64,000 nt of DNA from Candidatus Bathyarchaeia archaeon (GTDB lineage: Archaea > Thermoproteota > Bathyarchaeia > 40CM-2-53-6), in assembly GCA_049513715.1 (NCBI GenBank), contig JBEKVV010000001.1, positions 640,001 to 704,000 on the forward strand, given 5' to 3'. Shown here piece after piece: positions 29,470-38,962 of this stretch. Position numbers and translations under genes: made by a program. The notes under the pieces were generated by a model. That model searched no databases, had not been told where the DNA came from, and worked only from the letters and a program-made list of their open reading frames with translations. Position 1 is the stretch's first letter. The number at the start of each line of letters is the position of its first letter.

Positions 29470-30504
29470 ATGGCCCTTCGCGATTACATCGTAACGCGAA
29501 TTTTGCTCACTATACCTATGATCATGATATTGTTGACGATCGTTTTCATAGTCATGCGGGTCTTGCCCGGTAACCCTGTTCAACTTAGATTCGAGAAGAA
29601 CGCTGACCCCGCACTTGTTGCTGCTTTCACTCATCGCCTCGGATTGGATCGGCCGCTTTACCAGCAGTTTTTCGATTATTTGTGGGGGCTACTACTCCAC
29701 GGTGATTTTGGTACATCTATGGCAGGGTCCTTCGAACCGGTTGGCCCTCAGATTCTTTCCCGTTTCCCTGCGACACTCGAACTCACCATGTACTCCTTCA
29801 TCGTCGCCGTAGTGGTGGGTGTGCTCTTCGGAGCATTTGGAGCTCGCAAAGGTGGGGTTCCAGACGAAGGAGTAAAAGTCTTTGGCATTCTGATCTACGC
29901 GTTTCCAGTATTCTTTCTTGGTATGTTACTTCAACTTATTTTTGGGGTCTGGTTTCACTTCCTACCTGTAACTGGAAGACTTGATGCAGGCGTCCTCCCG
30001 ACAAGTTTGGCAATAGGAAGTTTTCATTTTGAGACGGGCCTTTACACGGTGGACAGCCTGCTCTCAGGAAATATCAGGGAATTCATTGACGCGGTCAAAC
30101 ATCTGATCCTTCCCTGCACCGCCTTGGGGCTGGTGATATCCGGAGTCTTCGTGAGAATGACAAGGGCAAACATGATGGAAACAATGAGGGCGGATTTTGT
30201 GACCGCCGCTCGCGCAAGGGGACTGAGGGAGAAGACTGTGGTTTACGCATATGCCCTGAGAAATGCATTACTCCCGATCGTGACAATCATGGGGTTGCAG
30301 TTTGCTCTGCTACTAAGCGGGGCCATTCTCACGGAGACCGAATTTAGCATGCTTGGATTGGGAACATACCTTGTGGACAGGGTAAACTTTAGGGACTATA
30401 CCGCCGTACAAGGAACTGTGGTGTTTCTTGCCTTACTGATTTCCTCAATCAGCCTAATTGTTGACATCCTCTACGCTTACTTGGACCCTAGGGTAAGATT
30501 ATGA
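29470..30504 (+). CDS. ABC permease (DppB/OppB-like)
   Basis: PATLEL, AARARGL EAA loop, RNALLP, LDPR. Confidence 0.95.
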   Translation: MALRDYIVTRILLTIPMIMILLTIVFIVMRVLPGNPVQLRFEKNADPALVAAFTHRLGLDRPLYQQFFDYLWGLLLHGDFGTSMAGSFEPVGPQILSRFPATLELTMYSFIVAVVVGVLFGAFGARKGGVPDEGVKVFGILIYAFPVFFLGMLLQLIFGVWFHFLPVTGRLDAGVLPTSLAIGSFHFETGLYTVDSLLSGNIREFIDAVKHLILPCTALGLVISGVFVRMTRANMMETMRADFVTAARARGLREKTVVYAYALRNALLPIVTIMGLQFALLLSGAILTETEFSMLGLGTYLVDRVNFRDYTAVQGTVVFLALLISSISLIVDILYAYLDPRVRL

Positions 30505-31382
30505 AGCGAACCAATTCAAGTCAGCAAACCTTCTCTTTAATGGGAAGGGTGCTTGCTCCACTCGTTGGTAAGGGTCACGGAAGAGCCCTGATGTTGGTTG
30601 GTCTTAGTATAGCCGTGTTCATTGCCGTGATGAGCGTCTCCGCCCCATACATATCCCCACATGATCCTACGACGATTGGCTTAGGACCCGTGAACTCGCC
30701 CCCAAGCGAGCGCTTTCCACTCGGAACCGACATCTACGGCAGAGATTTGTTGAGTCGCACAATTTGGGGTGGAAGGTTCTTGCTTCTCGTTGCTTTGACT
30801 GCGGTTTTGATTTGTATGGCAATTGGGGTACCAATAGGGCTCGTCTCAGCATACAATGGAGGAAATTTAGATAGAAGTATCGCGCTCGTCATGGACAGCA
30901 TTTACGCTTTTCCAAGCCTAGTGCTCGCCATAATGATAATCAGCGTTTTTGGCGTTTCGATAATTAACGAGGCAATGGCAATCGCGGTCGTTTACATACC
31001 CAGCTACTTCAGGATCGTCAGAAGTCAGGTGCTCGCGGTAAAGGAAATGCCTTACGTCGATGCGGCAAAATCTGTGGGCGCAAGCAGTCCCGCTATTCTA
31101 CTGAAATATGTTCTGCCTAACGTTATCTCTTCAATTATCGTAATGGGCGGCGTGAATTTTGCTGACTCCATCCTCACAACCGCAGGTCTCGACTTCATAG
31201 GCCTAGGCCTTCCAGTCAACCTTCCTGATTGGGGAATCGATCTCACGTATGGGCGGCAATCACTGCCTACAGGTGTTTGGTGGACCATATTCTTCTCAGG
31301 GTTTATGATCCTGATGGCAGCACTTGCCTTTTCGCTGATAAGCGAAGGCTACTCCGAAAGGACCAATCCGAAGTTGCGGTGA
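30501..31382 (+). CDS. ABC permease (DppC/OppC-like)
   Basis: LGTDIYGRD, YVDAAKSVGA, VLPN. Confidence 0.95.
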   Translation: MKRTNSSQQTFSLMGRVLAPLVGKGHGRALMLVGLSIAVFIAVMSVSAPYISPHDPTTIGLGPVNSPPSERFPLGTDIYGRDLLSRTIWGGRFLLLVALTAVLICMAIGVPIGLVSAYNGGNLDRSIALVMDSIYAFPSLVLAIMIISVFGVSIINEAMAIAVVYIPSYFRIVRSQVLAVKEMPYVDAAKSVGASSPAILLKYVLPNVISSIIVMGGVNFADSILTTAGLDFIGLGLPVNLPDWGIDLTYGRQSLPTGVWWTIFFSGFMILMAALAFSLISEGYSERTNPKLR

Positions 31383-31386
31383 GACC

Positions 31387-32382
31387 TTGGAGTCATTTCT
31401 GAACATCAAATCTCTTTCAGTCGAGTTCCGTACTGGAGAAGGCGCGGCAAAGGCCGTGGAAGACGTATCGCTTGAACTCAGAAAGGGCGAGACGCTCGGG
31501 CTAGTTGGAGAATCAGGCTCAGGCAAGTCAACCATGGGCCTAGCAATAATGGGTCTGATACAAGCTCCAGGCCGGGTTACCTCGGGGCGCATTTTCTTCG
31601 AAGGAACCGACTTGAGAGAACTCAGCAGCGAGGAGATGCGAGCAATGAGAGGGAAAAGGATTGCAATGATTTTCCAAGACCCCATGACCTCGCTGAACCC
31701 AGTCAAGAAGATCGGGCATCATTATGTAGAGTATATCCAAGCTCACGACCCTCAAGCCACGAAAAACAAAGCTAGGTCAATGGCAGGAGAGGTTCTTGAA
31801 GATCTTGGGATCCCTGCCTCAAGGATCGATGATTACCCGCATCAGTTTAGTGGTGGAATGAGGCAGCGAGTCATGATTGGGCTGGCTTTGACGCTTAGGC
31901 CTTCTCTAATCATTGCAGATGAACCAACAACAGCTCTCGATGTAATTGTGGAAGCCCAAATACTGAGCTTAATGAGAGATTTGAAGAAGAAATACTCACT
32001 TTCTTTGATTCTGATTACTCATAATATGGGTATCGTTGCTGAAATGGCGGATAGGATAGCAGTCATGTATGCTGGGCGACTCGCTGAGATAGCCCCCACA
32101 ATCAACATCTTCGAAAATGCAAAACATCCCTACACAAAGGCGTTGTTGGAATCTATACCCAACATCAAGGCGGAAGATAGGATTCTCAAAACAATTCCAG
32201 GAGCGCCTCCGGACCTGACCGACTTGCCTTCAGGTTGCGCGTTTCACCCAAGATGCCCATATATGTTCGACAGATGCAAAATGGAAGTCCCGGCGCTAGT
32301 CCGAACAGGGAATGAGGCTGAAGCATCCTGCTTCTTATTGGAGGGAGTTGCAGCACGTCCTTCATTGAAGTCAAAAGCCTGA
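31387..32382 (+). CDS. ABC ATP-binding protein (DppD/OppD-like)
   Basis: GESGSGKS, FSGGMRQR, DEPTT, HPYT, C..HPRC oligo_HPY tail. Confidence 0.96.
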   Translation: MESFLNIKSLSVEFRTGEGAAKAVEDVSLELRKGETLGLVGESGSGKSTMGLAIMGLIQAPGRVTSGRIFFEGTDLRELSSEEMRAMRGKRIAMIFQDPMTSLNPVKKIGHHYVEYIQAHDPQATKNKARSMAGEVLEDLGIPASRIDDYPHQFSGGMRQRVMIGLALTLRPSLIIADEPTTALDVIVEAQILSLMRDLKKKYSLSLILITHNMGIVAEMADRIAVMYAGRLAEIAPTINIFENAKHPYTKALLESIPNIKAEDRILKTIPGAPPDLTDLPSGCAFHPRCPYMFDRCKMEVPALVRTGNEAEASCFLLEGVAARPSLKSKA

Positions 32383-33338
32383 GAAAGTATTTCCCCGTTC
32401 AAAAGGGACTGATTTCGCAGCTCTTCTCTAGGGCGACGCAGAATGTGAAGGCCGTCGACAACGTTACTTTCGAGATAAAACGTGGAGACATCTTTGCTCT
32501 AGTCGGGGAATCCGGCAGCGGAAAGACCACGACCGGGAGAATCACCGCAGCCCTAATCAAACCAACACAAGGAAGCGTGATAATCGACGGCACTGATATT
32601 TCCTTGCTTCGGAGGCGTGAACTGAGAGAATTCAGAAAAAGAATGCAGTTCGTCTACCAAGATCCACTCTCATCCCTCAACCCGAAAATGCATATTGGTG
32701 ATGCGATTGGAGAGCCACTTCGATATCTGACTGATACCCCTCAATCAGATCGAAGACGCAAAGTCTTTGAACTTCTCGAACGAGTGGGACTTTCACCCCC
32801 AGAGACCTTCTACGATAGATATCCGCACCAGCTGAGCGGAGGGCAGAGGCAAAGAGTGGTAATAGCCAGAGCGATCGCCATTGGCCCAGAGTATTTGGTT
32901 GCCGACGAACCTGTTGCAATGGTTGACGTTTCGGTTAGAGCTCAAATAATAGAATTGCTGCTCAAAATGCAGAAAGAACTGCACCTCACCATCCTTCTCA
33001 TCACACACGACTTAGCCGTCGCCAAATACATGTGCAACAAGATCTCAGTCATGTACCTTGGCAAGATAATGGAGTCGGGCACTACGAAGGAAATGTTTTC
33101 GAACCCACTCCATCCATACACTCAAGCCCTACTGGAGGCAGTCCCAGTACCTGACCCAAGAGTAACCGCCCCGAAATCCTTACCGATGGGAGAGATACCT
33201 AGCGCACTGAATCCTCCTAAAGGCTGCCCCTTCCACCCACGTTGCTCGCGTGTCTTCGACCGATGCCGAAGTGAAGAGCCCCGAATGCTCAAGGTTTCAG
33301 AAACTCACTACGTTGCATGCCACCTATACGACAAGTAG
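32355..33338 (+). CDS. ABC ATP-binding protein (DppF/OppF-like; start uncertain)
   Basis: GESGSGKT, LSGGQRQR, HPYT; the frame extends upstream of GTG 32445 as TSFIEVKSLRKYFPV. Confidence 0.93.
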   Translation, partial: TSFIEVKSLRKYFPVQKGLISQLFSRATQNVKAVDNVTFEIKRGDIFALVGESGSGKTTTGRITAALIKPTQGSVIIDGTDISLLRRRELREFRKRMQFVYQDPLSSLNPKMHIGDAIGEPLRYLTDTPQSDRRRKVFELLERVGLSPPETFYDRYPHQLSGGQRQRVVIARAIAIGPEYLVADEPVAMVDVSVRAQIIELLLKMQKELHLTILLITHDLAVAKYMCNKISVMYLGKIMESGTTKEMFSNPLHPYTQALLEAVPVPDPRVTAPKSLPMGEIPSALNPPKGCPFHPRCSRVFDRCRSEEPRMLKVSETHYVACHLYDK

Positions 33339-33665
33339 CTAATTACTGGCCTCAGCTGGCCTACACATTTCCCAGTGCCCTGATTTGCTGAACCCCAGTC
33401 GACTGTAGAACTCGTCGGTTCCGCCGACCGGAACTGCCGTGAATTCATCTGTCGGATTGCCTGCAATTACCGACTTAATGAGAGCTGAACCGACACCCGA
33501 ATTCTTGTTTGAATCAGAAATCTGCAAACATAGTATCGTCATCTGGTTTGGCATCTTCCGGCTGACTGCAGTAAGACCGATAATTCTGCTTCCTTGAAGC
33601 GCAATCCAAACCGTGTGACCCGTCCCGATCACACTAACCTCGACACACTCTCTTGTAATCGGCAT
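33339..33665 (-). CDS. Small GNAT-family N-acetyltransferase-like protein
   Basis: KNSGVGSALI (motif A-like) and EFYSRLGF (motif B-like). Confidence 0.7.
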   Translation of the reverse strand: MPITRECVEVSVIGTGHTVWIALQGSRIIGLTAVSRKMPNQMTILCLQISDSNKNSGVGSALIKSVIAGNPTDEFTAVPVGGTDEFYSRLGFSKSGHWEMCRPAEASN

Positions 33666-33852
33666 GCTAGGGTCTAGCGAGAGATCTTACATGTCTCCCA
33701 GTTTTCCTTGGCGATAAACGACTTGAGTCTCTATTCGCAATCAAGTTCGATTCAGATTTGACCATAAGGTTTATCTTGTTTGCCGTAATCCGCTCGCCGA
33801 ACAAAAGTTTCCAATCCTCAAAATAGGTACGAATGTTTGGATTTGAGAATCG

Positions 33853-34578
33853 TTGGGTAAGCAAATTCGGGTGCAGCGGCGTGGAAAAGGCGGCTCTCAA
33901 TTCACCGCCCGTTCCTTTAGGCGACTTGCTCCAGTAAGATTTCCTCCTGCCACGCAAGCACTCAAAGGTGTTGTTCGCGAGATAATGCACGATCCGGCCA
34001 GAGGAACACCACTCGCCCTGATTGAATTCACAAACGGAAATGCCTGCTGCTTAGCTGCGCCCGAGGGCCTAGCCCTAAATCAAGGCATAGATTTTGGCGA
34101 AAGAGCATCACCAGATGTCGGTAACGTATTGCCTTTAGGACGGATGCCTGAAGGTACTCTTGTCTGCAGTGTTGAATTGCGCCCAGGTGACGGCGGGCGA
34201 GTAGCAAGGGCTTCGGGAACATACTGCATGGTTGTTTCACATACCCCTCAAGGGACTGAGTTGCGATTGCCATCCGGCAAAGCTGTTTACATGAACGATC
34301 ATTGCAGGGCAATGGTTGGCGTTGTGGCTGCAGCGGGAAGAACTGAGAAACCATTCCTTAAGGCAGGGACAGCTCAGAAATTGATGACCGCACGGGGACG
34401 CGTGTGGCCTACGACGAGTGGTCAAAAGATGATTTCTGCTTCACACCCCCACGGGGGAGGAAGGCACAAGCATTCAGGAAAGCCAACAACTGTATCTAGA
34501 AACGCCCCTCCTGGCAGAAAGGTTGGGATGATCGCGGCTCGACAAACCGGGCGAGCCAAACGCGCTATACGCACATAG
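33853..34578 (+). CDS. rpl2: 50S ribosomal protein L2
   Basis: MGKQIRVQRRGKG, HDPARG, PGDGG..RASG, RLPSG, HPHGGG, PPGRKVG. Confidence 0.97.
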   Translation: MGKQIRVQRRGKGGSQFTARSFRRLAPVRFPPATQALKGVVREIMHDPARGTPLALIEFTNGNACCLAAPEGLALNQGIDFGERASPDVGNVLPLGRMPEGTLVCSVELRPGDGGRVARASGTYCMVVSHTPQGTELRLPSGKAVYMNDHCRAMVGVVAAAGRTEKPFLKAGTAQKLMTARGRVWPTTSGQKMISASHPHGGGRHKHSGKPTTVSRNAPPGRKVGMIAARQTGRAKRAIRT

Positions 34579-34587
34579 GTGATTTGA

Positions 34588-34980
34588 ATGACATTGGTCG
34601 ATCCGCTCGCAAATGCATTGAACACGATTCATAACAACGAACGTCGTCATAAACGGGAATGCATCGTTTGGCCGGCCTCCAAGTTGATGGGGCAGGTTCT
34701 GCGTGTGATGCAGAAGAATGGTTACATCGGCGAGTTCGAGTTCATTGACGACGGCCGCGCTGGGAAATACCGCATTCAATTGCTCGGTCGAGTGAACCGG
34801 TGCGGAGTGATTAAACCAAGGTACGCTATGAGAGTGCCCGATATTGAACATTGGGAGGAAAGATATCTTCCTTCACGCGAAGTCGGCGTCCTAATCGTGA
34901 GCACACCGAAAGGCGTAGTATCCCATTCGGATGCGAGAGTCGCCAAAACAGGTGGACGGCTGCTCGCCTTCGTTTTCTGA
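34588..34980 (+). CDS. rps8: 30S ribosomal protein S8
   Basis: DPLANAL, GYIGEFEFIDDGR, CGVIKPR, GGRLLAFV; SD GGTGA upstream. Confidence 0.97.
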   Translation: MTLVDPLANALNTIHNNERRHKRECIVWPASKLMGQVLRVMQKNGYIGEFEFIDDGRAGKYRIQLLGRVNRCGVIKPRYAMRVPDIEHWEERYLPSREVGVLIVSTPKGVVSHSDARVAKTGGRLLAFVF

Positions 34981-35055
34981 TGCTTCTTCTGGAAACGCTT
35001 TAATTGGGCACCTGCATGACGCACTGAATCAGCGACTGAAAGAGAAGTGGATAGT

Positions 35056-35655
35056 TTGGCGAAAGGACCTCAGTATAACCTCCCATTCCGACGAAGGCGT
35101 GAGGGTAGAACACGATATGGAAAGAGACGGCGCCTTGTAGCGTCTGGGATAGCTCGGTTCGTTGTGCGGCCGTCAAACAAACACCTCATGGCTCAGATAA
35201 TCGAAGCGAAGCCCTATGGCGATCACGTTCTTGCGTCGGCTCATTCATCCGAGCTGAAGGAATTCGGGTGGAAAGCACCTTGCGGTAACCTTCCGGCAGC
35301 GTATCTAACAGGCCTCCTCGCTGCGCGTAGAGCAAAGGAGAGCGGTGTCTCTGAGGCGATACTCGACATTGGCCTACACGCGAGGGGACCCGGCTCTAGA
35401 ATTTTCGCCGCAACAAAGGGAGCCGTAGACGCGGGACTTACGATCCCGCATGATAAGGATGTCCTGCCACCTTTGGACAGGGTGCAGGGTAAGCATGTGA
35501 TGGCCTATTCAAGTAAGTTATCTTCAAACGCAGAATCCTACAAGAAGAATTTCTCGATATACCTGAAACATAAACTCAAGCCAGAAGAACTCTCAACTCA
35601 CGTCAGCGAGGTACAAGCCAAAATCAGCGCTAGCACTCCGAGGCTCAAGAAATGA
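35056..35655 (+). CDS. rpl18: 50S ribosomal protein L18
   Basis: AKGP.Y..PFRRRREG, GNLPAAYLTG, ILDIGL, KGAVDAGL. Confidence 0.96.
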   Translation: MAKGPQYNLPFRRRREGRTRYGKRRRLVASGIARFVVRPSNKHLMAQIIEAKPYGDHVLASAHSSELKEFGWKAPCGNLPAAYLTGLLAARRAKESGVSEAILDIGLHARGPGSRIFAATKGAVDAGLTIPHDKDVLPPLDRVQGKHVMAYSSKLSSNAESYKKNFSIYLKHKLKPEELSTHVSEVQAKISASTPRLKK

Positions 35656-36278
35656 GCACTAAACCAAAGCGTAAGACCAAGCCGAAGGCCATAAAGAAAG
35701 CGAAGCCGAAAGTAACTAGGCGACCTATTGCTGCCAAGAAACCCGAAAGGAAAACTGTTGAAGCGGCTCCAGCCCCGGAAAGGAAGCCTTCTGCACCGGA
35801 ACGGACCTTTGTCTTAGTCATCCGTTTGCTTGGCCCCATCGCGGTTCCGGCGTATATTGAAACCACCATGAGAAGCCTGAGGCTCAACAGAAGGTTCAGT
35901 GCAATTCTCGTCGAGAAGAATCTCAGCCTCCTTGGAATGCTCAACCAGGCCAAAGACTACCTGACCTGGGGGGAAGCCGAAACGCGTGACATAGCAACCC
36001 TGTTCAGGGAGCGAGGTGAACTTATCGGTGGGGCCGCGGTAACTGAAGGATTCGTGAAAGAGAACTTTGGTCAGCAATCGATCGAGGAGCTGGCGGCAGC
36101 CCTAATCCGAGGCGATATAGATTTGAAAGCACTCTGGAAGAAAGGAGTTAAACATGTTTTTAGAATGCGAGCGCCCTCGGGAGGATTTAATTACAGCGTG
36201 AAACGGCATTTTGCGACCAGAGGAGAGCTGGGAAACAGGGGTCATGGGATTTCGAATCTTCTGGAAAACATGGCCTGA
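35652..36278 (+). CDS. rpl30: 50S ribosomal protein L30 with basic N-terminal extension
   Basis: LVIRL.G, T..SLRL, KDYLTWGE, GELGNRG. Confidence 0.9.
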   Translation: MSTKPKRKTKPKAIKKAKPKVTRRPIAAKKPERKTVEAAPAPERKPSAPERTFVLVIRLLGPIAVPAYIETTMRSLRLNRRFSAILVEKNLSLLGMLNQAKDYLTWGEAETRDIATLFRERGELIGGAAVTEGFVKENFGQQSIEELAAALIRGDIDLKALWKKGVKHVFRMRAPSGGFNYSVKRHFATRGELGNRGHGISNLLENMA

Positions 36279-36327
36279 ACCTGTCCGCCACCTCTAGAAC
36301 GGAAGAGTAGTCTTAGTCCTGATTGCA

Positions 36328-37101
36328 ATGGCCCGGAGCGCCCGTAGCTCTGTAATCCTAATACCCGTGAAAATGTCTAGGGTCGGCTCACGCGACGATC
36401 TGTGCCTGATACTTCTAAAGGCCATAGAAAACCGAGGCTTGGTCCTAAGGCGAGGCGACGTGGTTGCAGTCGCCAGCAAAGTCGTGTCTCTCTGCGAGGG
36501 CCGGACATTGCCCCTAAGCCAAGTCATCTCCGCGAAGGCGAAACGTCTAGCCCGAAGATGGCACATGGACCCCCGCCTAGCAGAAACAGTCATTCAGGAA
36601 GCGGCAGAAATCATTGGCGGTGTAAGGGGTTTTTTGCTGACAATAAAGAATGGAATCATGACCGCCAATGCAGGCATTGATCTCAAGAATGCTCCACATG
36701 GAACCGCTGTTCTCTGGCCCATCAACCCTGACAAATCTGCTTGCAAGATGCGTATGTGTCTCGAGAAACACTTCAGAACACGGCTAGGGGTGATTGTTGT
36801 TGACAGCAGAGTCACACCAATGCGCTTGGGAACGGTGGGAGTTGCATTAGGCGTATCAGGATTTGTACCTGTACAAGATGAGAGAGGCAAAAGTGACCTC
36901 TTTGGACGCAAAGTAAAGTTCACACAAACGAATGTTGCAGATGACATCGCATCGTCCGCTCATCTCTTGATGGGGGAAACCGGCGAAAAGGTCGGAGCCG
37001 TAGTCGTACACAATTTGAAAGTCCATCTGAGCGATTCATTCGATTCGAAGATGACCCGTCTCCGCAAATCAAGCTGTTTGATCGCTAACAGTCTACGTTA
37101 G
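36328..37101 (+). CDS. cofE: Coenzyme F420-0:L-glutamate ligase-like protein
   Basis: GDVVAVASKVVS.CEG, ANAGID..N, DS..PMRLG, DLFGR, MGE. Confidence 0.85.
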   Translation: MARSARSSVILIPVKMSRVGSRDDLCLILLKAIENRGLVLRRGDVVAVASKVVSLCEGRTLPLSQVISAKAKRLARRWHMDPRLAETVIQEAAEIIGGVRGFLLTIKNGIMTANAGIDLKNAPHGTAVLWPINPDKSACKMRMCLEKHFRTRLGVIVVDSRVTPMRLGTVGVALGVSGFVPVQDERGKSDLFGRKVKFTQTNVADDIASSAHLLMGETGEKVGAVVVHNLKVHLSDSFDSKMTRLRKSSCLIANSLR

Positions 37102-37168
37102 GGGTCACACTTGCCAGAACACGTCAGGATTTATCAACCAGCCGTCCCTCAAGAACGAGGAATGACTC

Positions 37169-38893
37169 TCAACCATTCTCGGCAAAGCGGTAGAGTTTGC
37201 GAGTTCCGTTGGAATCTAGGCTCGCGGTAATCAATTTCGAGGCGCGTAGTTTCTTCAAGTGGTAGTTAACAAGTTGTTGGCTCAGTCCCAAATCTTTCGA
37301 GAGTTGGGCCTCCCATATGCCGGGGTGTTCGATTATCCAAAGGATAATGCGGGTTGAGACTGTGTCCATGGAACCGTCTGCCGTCTCCTTGACGTAGAAC
37401 CGACGCGCGAAGCCGTCCCTAAATGACGCGATCGCGCCTCTCCTTTCCATGCGAATTACAGCGAGTGTGCCAATTCTATTGCGGTTGGCCAAGCGCTTGA
37501 TCTCGCGAAGCTTCAACCCTGGTTTCTGCGAAAGCAGGTGGATGATTTCTTGCTGCGCTGTGCTAGGTTTCTCTTCAGCAACCCATGGGATTCTCGCGCA
37601 AGATGAGAATAACTTGTAGCGACTAGCTTCGCTTGAAAATGTCCCGACAAACGCAAAGCAGGCTATCAAAGCAACCGCGACCAGCCATTCTAATCCAGTT
37701 TGATGGTTTGGAGTGACGATTTTCACGAAACCGGTAGGTGAAATTGCATAGAGGTCTCCGTCAGTAGTTACCGTGACTGCGAGTATGGGGCCCCTAACTA
37801 CCTCGTTCCCGGTCTGAACGACATTTCCGGCTCGGTTCATCTGGAGGTAAGTAACGTTCGTTACAGGTGTTAGCTTTTGCGAAGAAGGTAAACCCGATGT
37901 ACCCAACTGATACCAGACAACGTACAGATTGTCTTGAGAATCATTAGAAACAGCAAGATACGCTGCCTGCGCGCTAGGGTAATTCAATTCTTTCAAGTAA
38001 ACTAACCGGCCTGCCGATGAAATCTGTGAAACATAGACCGGTCTGCCGATCGTTGCCGTCTGCCAGATAACGAAAGCCCCGTCTTGAGCTGCTGTTGCGG
38101 TGACGGCTACATCATTTATCGTGTCGTCAAATTTCGCCACTTGGAGCATAGTTATGACGGTTCCGTTAGTTGCAAGCCTCGCATAGTCCACGGTCGAAAC
38201 GGGTTTGTCTGCAGACTGACTCTCTCCCCAGGCAATGTGCAGATTGCCCGAAGAAGGGTCTAATGCTACCCTAGCCTTTGGTGGAAAGGGACGAGTTTCG
38301 TTATAGGACGCAATTGATTGAATGGCTGAGGTCTCATTGCCTGACACTGACTCAAAATTCACGAGTGCATGTTCGGTGTTAGGGTCGTATCGGGTCCAAA
38401 CCAAGTGGCTGGTGCCATTGTTGTCCAAGGCCACGGACGGCCACATGATGAGCGAGCCTTTGCTAGTAAGGATCTGGGCTGTGCGAGCGACTGTTGAGTT
38501 GAAGCGCAGCAAATACAGCGCTGAGGATATCCTCGGCGATGTACCGATATCCTCTGCCCACACTATGCCAGCGTCGCCTTGGGAATCTACGGCCAAGTCA
38601 GCTGACTGAGCTGAGGTGCTGTTGGTGATCATTGTCGGTGGTATTGAGTTGGTCCCGTTCGGGCTGTATTTGCTATACCATATTCCGGGATGGGTATTTG
38701 ATCCGTTCAGGGCTGGCACGACCCATAAGACGTGGACGTTTCCCGCAGTGTCCACTAGCACCTTGGTCTGGAAGTCACTCGAAGAATTGTCCAACATATT
38801 GTGGACATTACGGGAACTTGTGTTTGCCCCGGCCGGAGCTATAGCTAGCAGCATGACGGAGAATGCAAAGAGGCCGGTAAGCACCCTTGACAT
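37169..38893 (-). CDS. Membrane-spanning protein: signal peptide, propeller-like ectodomain, TM helix, tandem winged-HTH
   Basis: Repeated D..G..H.VW blades; TM WLVAVALIACFAFVGTF; two HTH-like blocks (KPGLKLREI..., HPGIWEAQLSKDLGLSQQLVNYHLKKL). Confidence 0.8.
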   Translation of the reverse strand: MSRVLTGLFAFSVMLLAIAPAGANTSSRNVHNMLDNSSSDFQTKVLVDTAGNVHVLWVVPALNGSNTHPGIWYSKYSPNGTNSIPPTMITNSTSAQSADLAVDSQGDAGIVWAEDIGTSPRISSALYLLRFNSTVARTAQILTSKGSLIMWPSVALDNNGTSHLVWTRYDPNTEHALVNFESVSGNETSAIQSIASYNETRPFPPKARVALDPSSGNLHIAWGESQSADKPVSTVDYARLATNGTVITMLQVAKFDDTINDVAVTATAAQDGAFVIWQTATIGRPVYVSQISSAGRLVYLKELNYPSAQAAYLAVSNDSQDNLYVVWYQLGTSGLPSSQKLTPVTNVTYLQMNRAGNVVQTGNEVVRGPILAVTVTTDGDLYAISPTGFVKIVTPNHQTGLEWLVAVALIACFAFVGTFSSEASRYKLFSSCARIPWVAEEKPSTAQQEIIHLLSQKPGLKLREIKRLANRNRIGTLAVIRMERRGAIASFRDGFARRFYVKETADGSMDTVSTRIILWIIEHPGIWEAQLSKDLGLSQQLVNYHLKKLRASKLITASLDSNGTRKLYRFAENG

Positions 38894-38962
38894 CTGGACA
38901 GCCTTAATCTAACCCTACAACCCTCGAATTAAGAGCATCGTTTGCACCGAACGTATGCGGTA

